A stretch of DNA of 24,428 nt from a virus (Duplodnaviria; Caudoviricetes): positions 1 to 24,428 of IMG/VR virus record IMGVR_UViG_3300011335_000379; one strand, given 5' to 3'. This document shows positions 17,054-23,918 of the stretch, one piece after another. The notes under the pieces are model-generated. The model was not told the origin of the DNA and did not search any database. It saw nothing but the letters and a program-made list of their open reading frames with translations. The first letter of the stretch is position 1. Every line of letters starts with the position of its first letter. The translations under genes and the position numbers were made by a program.

Positions 17054-18823
17054 ATGAACAAAACACTTCACTTCCTCTCTGGCATCCCGCGCTCTGGTTC
17101 AACAGTCCTTGCTGCTATCCTCAACCAGAACCCGATGACTCACGTATCCACTACGTCTGGTCTGGTTCATGCGCTGGATGGCTTGGCAAATACGTGGCAT
17201 TCTGCCGGGTTGCTGAACGAGAATGATCCTGAGCGGAAAAAGTTAGCCCAGACGATGCGCGGTGCGATTGATGCGTTCTACGAGGACACAGAGGCTCCGG
17301 TCATCATTGACAAGTCCCGTGGCTGGCCTATCGCTCAGATCATGGCGGCTATGTCCCAAGTCCTCGGTCATCAGCCTAAGATCATTGCTACGGTGCGCTC
17401 AGTGCCAGATTGCGCTGCTAGTTTCATCCGTGTGGCAAAACCTAAAAACCTTGACGATTTCGTGTATTCCGGGCAACTTATGGATCACCTCAAGGCTGCT
17501 TACATCTCGCTCCAGAACGGCTACGCATACGCTCCTGAGAACTTCTTGTTCGTTGAGTACGAAGACCTGCTGGCTGACCCAAAAGCGCAACTAGCCCGTA
17601 TCCACGCCTTCCTTGAACTGCCTGATTTCTCCTACGACTTTGACAACATTGACGGTTCCACGGTAGCTGAGGATGACGAGAACTTGCACGGTCACGCAGG
17701 CATGCACGATGTCAAGCCCAAGCTTGAAGCACAGCACAAGCAAGACCCCAAAGACCTGCTCAAGTCCCACTACGGCAGTTTCTGCCAGCCTGAGTTCTGG
17801 CTGGACACCCCCCGCACCGCCCCGGAGCTTCACGCCCTAGACCTCCAACTGGCAGCGTCCACAACGGGTGACTTTGCTGAAGGCTGGCGCTTGGCCCAGC
17901 AACTTGAGGCTGAAGAGCCAAACAACCACCGTGCAGCCTACAACCGTGGCTGGTACTACTTGCGCCAAGGACAGATTCAAAAAGGCTACAGCCTGATGGA
18001 CAGGGGCCGTGTGGCCGGTGTCTTTGGCAACAAGCGCCCTGATGTGCCCACCCAGCAGTGGGACGGAAAAACCAAAGGCATCGTCCTGCTCAATCTGGAG
18101 GGTGGTCTGGGCGACCAGATTCACCAAGTGCGTTACGCCAAGCACATCTCCGCACGGGGCTGCAAGGTCATTGTGGCCTGCACAGGCTCACTCGCATCGT
18201 TGTTCGTTGATGTGGGGGGTGTGTCCTCAGTCATCCAGCACGAGGCCGTATTTGGCGTCTACCACGACTTCTGGGTGGCCGGTATGTCCGCTGTTGTGCC
18301 ACTTGGGTTTGAGTTGGCAGACATCTCTGGCGCTCCGTACCTGACCAAGCCAACCACCATCAAAGGCCGCAAGAAACGCATTGGCCTGCGTTGGCAAGGG
18401 CAGAGTCAGTTTGAGCATGAGCATCACAAGAAGTTTCCCTACGAGTTGATGTTCACCGCCGTCAAGGACGCAGACGCTGAGTTCATCAGCCTGCAACGGG
18501 ACGAAGGTGCAGACGCCTGCCCAGCTTGGGTCAAGCCCGTGCCGCTAAATAGCTGGGAAGACACCCGCGCTGCTGCTGCATCGTGCGACTTGGTGATTAG
18601 CTCTTGCACCAGCGTCAGCCACCTGTCAGCAGCTATGGGGGTTGAAACTTGGGTCATCACACCCGTCATGCCCTACTTCCTGTACGCGCTTGATGGTGAA
18701 GCTACACCCTACTACGACAGCATGAAGTTAATGCGCCAAGAAGTGTTTGGTGACTGGCAAGCCCCGTTTGACCGCATCAAAGACCGCTTGGGTGAGAAGC
18801 CCATGTTGAGGAGCGTTGCATGA
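17054..18823 (+). CDS. Sulfotransferase - TPR - GT-B (family 9-like) glycosyltransferase fusion
   Basis: 5'-PSB loop SGIPRSGSTVL, 3'-PB motif IIATVRSVPDCAASF and FVEYEDLLADP; TPR (EPNNHRAAYNRGWYYLRQGQ); EGGLGDQI, RIGLRWQG, CDLVISSCTSVSHLSAAMG. Confidence 0.88.
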   Translation: MNKTLHFLSGIPRSGSTVLAAILNQNPMTHVSTTSGLVHALDGLANTWHSAGLLNENDPERKKLAQTMRGAIDAFYEDTEAPVIIDKSRGWPIAQIMAAMSQVLGHQPKIIATVRSVPDCAASFIRVAKPKNLDDFVYSGQLMDHLKAAYISLQNGYAYAPENFLFVEYEDLLADPKAQLARIHAFLELPDFSYDFDNIDGSTVAEDDENLHGHAGMHDVKPKLEAQHKQDPKDLLKSHYGSFCQPEFWLDTPRTAPELHALDLQLAASTTGDFAEGWRLAQQLEAEEPNNHRAAYNRGWYYLRQGQIQKGYSLMDRGRVAGVFGNKRPDVPTQQWDGKTKGIVLLNLEGGLGDQIHQVRYAKHISARGCKVIVACTGSLASLFVDVGGVSSVIQHEAVFGVYHDFWVAGMSAVVPLGFELADISGAPYLTKPTTIKGRKKRIGLRWQGQSQFEHEHHKKFPYELMFTAVKDADAEFISLQRDEGADACPAWVKPVPLNSWEDTRAAAASCDLVISSCTSVSHLSAAMGVETWVITPVMPYFLYALDGEATPYYDSMKLMRQEVFGDWQAPFDRIKDRLGEKPMLRSVA

Positions 18824-20022
18824 GTTTTAGATACATTGCAGGACTGTTAGGAAAAGCACCTACCGTAGTTGCCCCTGTGGATGGCGAAGGCGGGTCTGCT
18901 AAGGGTATCTGGAGTACAGCCAGTCAAGCTAATCTGCAAGCATTGGGAACATGGCCTAAGCCTACATTAGATAAATACTTGTGGACTTGGGGTCGCAATA
19001 ACAACGGGCAGTTAGGGTTAAGCAATACTACCGACTACTCCAGCCCAAAACAAGTAGGCGCTCTAATTACTTGGTCTAAGATTGCCGGTGGCGGTAGTTT
19101 TACTATAGCCACCAAGACTGACGGAACACTTTGGTCATGGGGTCAAAACGTCCGTGGTCAACTAGGTTTAAATAATGCCACTTATTACTCTAGCCCCAAA
19201 CAAGTTGGAGCATTAACTACTTGGTTAAATATTGCTGCTGGGTATCAACATACCATGGCTACAAAAACAGATGGCACTCTTTGGTCTTGGGGGTATAACA
19301 ATTTTGGTCAGTTAGGGTTGGGCAACATTACAAATTATTCTAGCCCCATGCAGATTGGAGCCTTGACTACATGGGCAGCTATAGCAGCGGGATCATCTTT
19401 TAGTAGCGCCGTTAAAACTGACGGAACGTTATGGACGTGGGGTAGAAATTTTATTGGACAGTTAGGGCTTGGAAACACAACTAACTATTCAAGCCCAAAA
19501 CAAGTAGGTGCATTGACTACATGGTCTAAAATATCTATTAGATCAATATCTGTTATAGCCGTAAAAACAGACGGAACACTTTGGTCATGGGGTTCAGGTT
19601 CTAGCGGTTTGCTTGGTTTGGGTAACACAACAAACTACTCGTCTCCCATGCAAGTTGGTGCTTTGACTACATGGCTATCTACAGCATGTGGAAAATATCA
19701 CACTATTGCTACCAAAAATGACGGGACACTTTGGACATGGGGCAGCAGTGCATTTGGGCAACTGGGCCTTGGAAATACAACTAACTACTCCAGTCCTAAA
19801 CAAGTCGGTGCTTTAACTACGTGGCTTAATATTGCAGGTGGATACCGTTCTACCATTGCTACGCAAACAAACAAAACCCTTTGGACTTGGGGACAAAACA
19901 CATATGGTCAACTAGGCCAAGGAAACACCACTGATTATTCCAGTCCAAAACAAGTTGGCACATTAACTACGTGGCTAAAAGTTGCTGCTGGGTACTTCCA
20001 AACATTAGCCACCAAATCTTAA
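18820..20022 (+). CDS. RCC1/BLIP-II repeat 7-bladed beta-propeller protein (putative receptor-binding protein 2)
   Basis: Seven repeats paralogous to 15842-17050; ATGA overlap with the upstream gene. Confidence 0.92.
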   Translation: MSFRYIAGLLGKAPTVVAPVDGEGGSAKGIWSTASQANLQALGTWPKPTLDKYLWTWGRNNNGQLGLSNTTDYSSPKQVGALITWSKIAGGGSFTIATKTDGTLWSWGQNVRGQLGLNNATYYSSPKQVGALTTWLNIAAGYQHTMATKTDGTLWSWGYNNFGQLGLGNITNYSSPMQIGALTTWAAIAAGSSFSSAVKTDGTLWTWGRNFIGQLGLGNTTNYSSPKQVGALTTWSKISIRSISVIAVKTDGTLWSWGSGSSGLLGLGNTTNYSSPMQVGALTTWLSTACGKYHTIATKNDGTLWTWGSSAFGQLGLGNTTNYSSPKQVGALTTWLNIAGGYRSTIATQTNKTLWTWGQNTYGQLGQGNTTDYSSPKQVGTLTTWLKVAAGYFQTLATKS

Positions 20023-20048
20023 ACTTTCTCAACCCGTAGGAGTCTCAA

Positions 20049-20435
20049 ATGGCACTTTTCGTACGCATCCAAAACAACGCAGTAACCGACTGCTGGGACA
20101 CCCCACCACCAGCGGGTCAAGACGGCTGGAAATCAGCCGTTGAGGTTCGTCCTTCAATCACTGCCCACCGTCAAGGCTACACAGCCCACACGTTTGACCT
20201 GTTCACTGACCCAGTGCAGATCGTGTACAACACCTACGACATCCCAGTTGCAGACCGCAAGGTTGGCATGAAGGCCAATGCCTCGTTCAGCTTCCAGCAA
20301 GTTGTCCAAGAACAGATGCGTGACCCGTCCAAGTACGACCCTGCTGCCGTTGCCGCTGCACAAGCTGCCATCGCTCCCAAGGTTGCTGCTATTGAGGCCG
20401 CTACAACGCACGACGAACTTGACGCGCTGATGTAA
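20049..20435 (+). CDS. Hypothetical protein, tail fibre assembly chaperone-like
   Basis: Follows the RBP gene; C-terminus AAIEAATTHDELDAL resembles tail fibre assembly protein ends; RBS AGGAG. Confidence 0.55.
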   Translation: MALFVRIQNNAVTDCWDTPPPAGQDGWKSAVEVRPSITAHRQGYTAHTFDLFTDPVQIVYNTYDIPVADRKVGMKANASFSFQQVVQEQMRDPSKYDPAAVAAAQAAIAPKVAAIEAATTHDELDALM

Positions 20436-21277
20436 TGAAAAAAATCCTGATCATGGGTCTGCCGGGTAGCGGCAAAACGATGCTTGCTACCGCACTGAAG
20501 AAGTACCTTGAGTGCAACTCGGATGTGAAGCATATGCCTGCTTACCGGGCATCTGAACACGTTCCTACGTCCTACAAGTGCAGCGTGGACTGGTTCAACG
20601 CTGATGACATCCGCAAGCGGTTCAATGATTGGGACTTCAGCAAAGAGGGCCGCATCCGTCAGTCCTTGCGTATGGCTGAGTTTGCCTTCAAGTCCACCGG
20701 CGACTTTGTAATCTGCGACTTTGTAGCTCCCTTGGTGGAGATGCGGAACAACTTCAAGGCCGACTGGACGATCTGGGTAGACACCATTGATCAGGGCAGG
20801 TTTGACGATACCAACAAAGCATTTATTCCACCAAAGGAATACGACTTCCGTGTCACTGAGCAAAACGCCGAGAAGTGGGCCGAGTTCATTGGTAACCATA
20901 TCTTGGATCAACGCCGTCGTCCTACCTTTGACTGGAAGAAGGAAACCGTGCAGATGCTTGGCCGCTGGCAACCGTGGCATCCGGGGCACAGAGCGTTGTT
21001 TGACCGGGCCATTACCAAAACGGGGCAAGTGGTCATTCAAATCCGCGACTGTCAAGGCTGGAACGGTTCCAACCCCTTTGCCGCAGAGCAGGTGAAAGAC
21101 CTGATCAAGCGTGACCTAGACCCCCTGTACCAAGGCCAGTACGAAATACAGCTTGTGCCCAATGTGGTGAACATCACCTACGGCAGGGATGTGGGATACA
21201 AGATTGAGCAGGAGGTGTTTGACGCTGCCACCCACGCTATCTCCGCCACTGAAATCAGAAAGAAGATGGGCGTATGA
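20435..21277 (+). CDS. Adenylylsulfate (APS) kinase-like domain fused to a HIGH-family nucleotidyltransferase domain
   Basis: P-loop GLPGSGKT, NADDIR, DFSKEGRIRQ, DFVAP, FIPP (CysC-like); C-terminal GRWQPWHPGH and ISATEIR. Confidence 0.85.
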   Translation: MKKILIMGLPGSGKTMLATALKKYLECNSDVKHMPAYRASEHVPTSYKCSVDWFNADDIRKRFNDWDFSKEGRIRQSLRMAEFAFKSTGDFVICDFVAPLVEMRNNFKADWTIWVDTIDQGRFDDTNKAFIPPKEYDFRVTEQNAEKWAEFIGNHILDQRRRPTFDWKKETVQMLGRWQPWHPGHRALFDRAITKTGQVVIQIRDCQGWNGSNPFAAEQVKDLIKRDLDPLYQGQYEIQLVPNVVNITYGRDVGYKIEQEVFDAATHAISATEIRKKMGV

Positions 21278-21444
21278 GCGAGATAGACATCCGATTGACG
21301 AGCCACGAGGCGGTGTGTGCCGAGAGGTATGCACAGATCAACGCTCGGCTCAAGCGGCTGGAAGGCGTGATTATGAAGACCACTGGCGTCTTGATCGTCT
21401 CCATGTCAGCCATCGTCTACGCATCTCTGACGTTGGGCAGATGA
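21274..21444 (+). CDS. Small membrane protein, 56 aa (MSEIDIRLTSHEAVCAERY...), absent from ORF track
   Basis: ATGA overlap with upstream stop; coiled coil followed by a C-terminal hydrophobic helix. Confidence 0.8.
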   Translation: MSEIDIRLTSHEAVCAERYAQINARLKRLEGVIMKTTGVLIVSMSAIVYASLTLGR

Positions 21445-21445
21445 A

Positions 21446-21598
21446 GTGGATTTATTTGAAGTCCTGTCCAAAGCATGGCCGATCCTGCTGGCGCTGATCA
21501 CTCTGATTATCGTGCTGGCAAAGTTAGACTTGCGTGTGGCGGTACTGGAAGAGAAGATCAAGGCTTTATTTGAAATGTGGAATAGGCGGGATAAATGA
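21446..21598 (+). CDS. Small membrane protein, 50 aa (MDLFEVLSKAWPILLALITLIIVLAK...), absent from ORF track
   Basis: GTG start right after the previous stop; one TM helix then coiled coil; stop overlaps next ATG. Confidence 0.75.
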   Translation: MDLFEVLSKAWPILLALITLIIVLAKLDLRVAVLEEKIKALFEMWNRRDK

Positions 21599-22050
21599 TT
21601 GACGTAACCAAAGCCATTGGAGCAGTCGCAGCCAGCATTGCAGCCATTGGCGGCGGGTACACGTTGGCAGACAAGTTTGGTTGGTTTGACAGGGCTATCC
21701 TTGAGTGGTCACCAGAGCATTTTAAAATTGTGGCAGCGGCAGGGCAACCTATCAATGTGACAGTAGCCCGGATCAAAAAGCGGGATGACTGCTCCGTGGA
21801 GAGTTTTACCCCCAGCATCCGTGACGCCGCAGGTATGGTGCATGAGGCAACGACTACGGCGAGCAAGTTCAGCGGCCCAGCAGGGCCAACGATTGACACG
21901 TTTACCTATCAGCTTACTATGGTGAGAAAAGAAAAGATTGCACCGGGTGCAGCCACATTGCTGGCAACGATCAAGTACAAATGCCCGGAGGGTGAGCGCG
22001 TTGTGCAATACCCCCGCCATGCAAACCTGAGTTTTGACTTAAAGGGCTGA
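21595..22050 (+). CDS. Membrane-anchored or exported hypothetical protein in the lysis cassette
   Basis: N-terminal hydrophobic segment, then a beta-rich domain with two Cys. Confidence 0.7.
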   Translation: MIDVTKAIGAVAASIAAIGGGYTLADKFGWFDRAILEWSPEHFKIVAAAGQPINVTVARIKKRDDCSVESFTPSIRDAAGMVHEATTTASKFSGPAGPTIDTFTYQLTMVRKEKIAPGAATLLATIKYKCPEGERVVQYPRHANLSFDLKG

Positions 22051-22052
22051 TT

Positions 22053-22538
22053 ATGATTACTCTGTTTACTACACTGGTCAGCTTCCTTGCTGGCGGCTTA
22101 CCCAAGCTGCTTGGGTTCTTTCAGGACCGTGCTGACAAGAGCCACGAGATGGCAATGGCTCGTCTTCAGACTGAGCGTGAGTTGGAACTCCGCAAGGCGG
22201 GTTTTGAAGCCCAACAACGGGTGGAAGAGATCAGGGTAGAGGGCCAGATGATTGAGGCGGCATCAGCAGAGCGCAGCGCATTGTACGCCCACGACATAGC
22301 CATTGGGCAGGGTGCCAGCCAGTGGATGATCAATCTCCGTGCTGGTGTTCGGCCCCTTATCACCTACGGCCTGTTCCTGTTGCTGGTGTTTGTTGACGTT
22401 GCTGGGTTTGTTTACGCTTGGAAGCACGGTGTAGATTTCCAGATCATGCTAGACAATATTTGGGATGACGAAACTCAGATCATTTGGGCCAGCGTCATTA
22501 GTTTCTGGTTTGGAAGCCAAGCGTTCAGCAAGAAATGA
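22053..22538 (+). CDS. Holin (3TM / GTA-holin-like)
   Basis: Hydrophobic N-terminus, coiled coil, W..NLRAGVRPLITY, two C-terminal TM segments ending FWFGSQ; directly upstream of the endolysin. Confidence 0.75.
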   Translation: MITLFTTLVSFLAGGLPKLLGFFQDRADKSHEMAMARLQTERELELRKAGFEAQQRVEEIRVEGQMIEAASAERSALYAHDIAIGQGASQWMINLRAGVRPLITYGLFLLLVFVDVAGFVYAWKHGVDFQIMLDNIWDDETQIIWASVISFWFGSQAFSKK

Positions 22539-23011
22539 AAGTCTCTCAACGGTGCAAAGAGATGATCAAGCACCACGAGGGTGTGCGATTTAAGCCGTAC
22601 CGCTGCCCAGCGCGTCTTTGGACTGTAGGAGTAGGTCATGTTTTATACCCCGATCAAGGTCGTTTACCTCTGGATCAGAGAGACGCTTTCCCGCTTAAAG
22701 CGCAGGATAAGCGCGTATTTTCAGGAGCCGAAGTAGATGGAATCCTTGGTGCTGATCTCCAGCGATTTGAAGTTGGGGTTGCCAAACTTTTTCCTATGGT
22801 TCTTACCCAAGGCCAAAACGACGCTCTTGTCAGCTTTGCTTTTAATCTCGGTCTGGGCGGCGTACAGCGATCAACCCTCCGTCAGAAGGTTCTTCGGGGA
22901 GAGATTGAAGCGGCGGCAGACGAGTTCTTGAAGTTTGTGAGGGGTGGGGGTAAAGTACTCCCCGGCCTGGTTAAACGAAGAAATGATGAACGAGCCCTTT
23001 TTCTATCTTAG
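22535..23011 (+). CDS. Endolysin, GH24 phage lysozyme
   Basis: E-x8-C-x5-T triad (HEGVRFKPYRCPARLWTVGVGH), DALVSFAFNLG, GLVKRRNDERALF; no SAR domain. Confidence 0.95.
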   Translation: MKVSQRCKEMIKHHEGVRFKPYRCPARLWTVGVGHVLYPDQGRLPLDQRDAFPLKAQDKRVFSGAEVDGILGADLQRFEVGVAKLFPMVLTQGQNDALVSFAFNLGLGGVQRSTLRQKVLRGEIEAAADEFLKFVRGGGKVLPGLVKRRNDERALFLS

Positions 23012-23020
23012 GAGAAACAG

Positions 23021-23203
23021 ATGAAACCCAAATCATCAGTCAATGAAGCCGGTAACTACACCAAGCCGGATCTTCGTAAACGGATTTTCAACAGCGTTAA
23101 AGCTGCTGCTGTGCAAGGTACGGGCGCTGGGGAATGGTCAGCCAGAAAAGCTCAATTAATGGCTAAGAAATACAAAGCTGCTGGGGGTTCTTATCGTGAT
23201 TAA
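23021..23203 (+). CDS. Small basic protein (resembles the N-terminal half of DUF5872-like proteins)
   Basis: NYTKPDLRKR, GEWSARKAQLMAKKYKAAGGSY; RBS AGGAG. Confidence 0.7.
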   Translation: MKPKSSVNEAGNYTKPDLRKRIFNSVKAAAVQGTGAGEWSARKAQLMAKKYKAAGGSYRD

Positions 23204-23324
23204 ACATATGGAAGATTGCGCCATACATGAAGATGGCCCTTGCACTTGTGGCGCTGAAGAAGCCCATGATGAAATACTTATGGATGAATTTCAAGCTGAG
23301 TTGACTGCTGAAGATTTTGAATGA
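23196..23324 (+). CDS. Small acidic Cys/His protein, 42 aa (alternative start ATG 23208), absent from ORF track
   Basis: HMEDCAIHEDGPCTC followed by an acidic tail; fills the gap and its stop overlaps ATG 23321. Confidence 0.6.
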   Translation: MIKHMEDCAIHEDGPCTCGAEEAHDEILMDEFQAELTAEDFE

Positions 23325-23554
23325 AAGCTCCGCAGCAGTCTTTGAAGGATTGGGGTGACCAGAAATGGCGCACCAAGTCTGGTAAGCCTTCATCCCAAAC
23401 AGGTGAGCGATATTTGCCAGAGGCGGCTATCAAGAGTCTGACGCCTGCCGAGTACGCCGCCACCACAAAGGCCAAGCGGGAAGGCACCAAGCTGGGCAAA
23501 CAGTTTGTGAAGCAACCTAAGGCAGTAGCAAAGAAAGTGGCGGCATACCGATGA
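23321..23554 (+). CDS. Small basic protein (resembles the C-terminal half of DUF5872-like proteins)
   Basis: QQSLKDWGDQKWRTK, GERYLP, GKQFVKQP. Confidence 0.7.
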   Translation: MKAPQQSLKDWGDQKWRTKSGKPSSQTGERYLPEAAIKSLTPAEYAATTKAKREGTKLGKQFVKQPKAVAKKVAAYR

Positions 23555-23841
23555 AAACTCCAGCATGGCAGCGTAAGGAAGGTCAAAACCCCAAGGGTGG
23601 TTTGAACGCCGTGGGACGGGCAAGCCTCAAGGCGGCTGGGCAGGACATCAAAGCACCCGTCAAGGCCGGCGATAACCCTCGTCGTGCATCCTTTTTGGCA
23701 CGGATGGGCAACATGCCTGGGCCAGAACGCAAAGATGGAGAGCCGACTCGATTGTTGTTGTCATTGAAGGCTTGGGGTGCTAGCAGCAAGGAAGACGCAC
23801 GGTCCAAAGCCAAAGCGATCTCTGCTCGCAATAAAAAATGA
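23551..23841 (+). CDS. Small basic hypothetical protein
   Basis: GQNPKGGLN, RRASFLARMG, SLKAWG; ATGA coupling. Confidence 0.75.
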   Translation: MKTPAWQRKEGQNPKGGLNAVGRASLKAAGQDIKAPVKAGDNPRRASFLARMGNMPGPERKDGEPTRLLLSLKAWGASSKEDARSKAKAISARNKK

Positions 23842-23853
23842 CGCTTGTTTCCC

Positions 23854-23869
23854 AAATTGGGTTTATAAT
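23854..23869 (+). promoter_or_regulatory. Putative late promoter
   Basis: AAATTG-GGTT-TATAAT upstream of the second adaptor gene. Confidence 0.65.
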
Positions 23870-23918
23870 TCCTACCTGAGCATATGATGCTCCAGCTGCT
23901 ATCATCAACGAGGCGCTT

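Noticed and set aside
15842-20022. RCC1 repeats as a CRISPR array or as diversity-generating retroelement TR/VR pairs
   Set aside because: The repeats are in-frame ~150-bp coding units with synonymous divergence. There is no reverse transcriptase or cas gene in the window and no evident adenine-only mismatch pattern.
20234-21055. 273-aa minus-strand ORF and other antisense ORFs such as 4485-5210
   Set aside because: They are shadows of well-supported plus-strand genes, with no recognisable motifs or RBS.
21189-21497. 102-aa plus-strand ORF in the track
   Set aside because: It overlaps the kinase gene out of frame. Two shorter coupled ORFs (21274-21444, 21446-21598) explain the region better.
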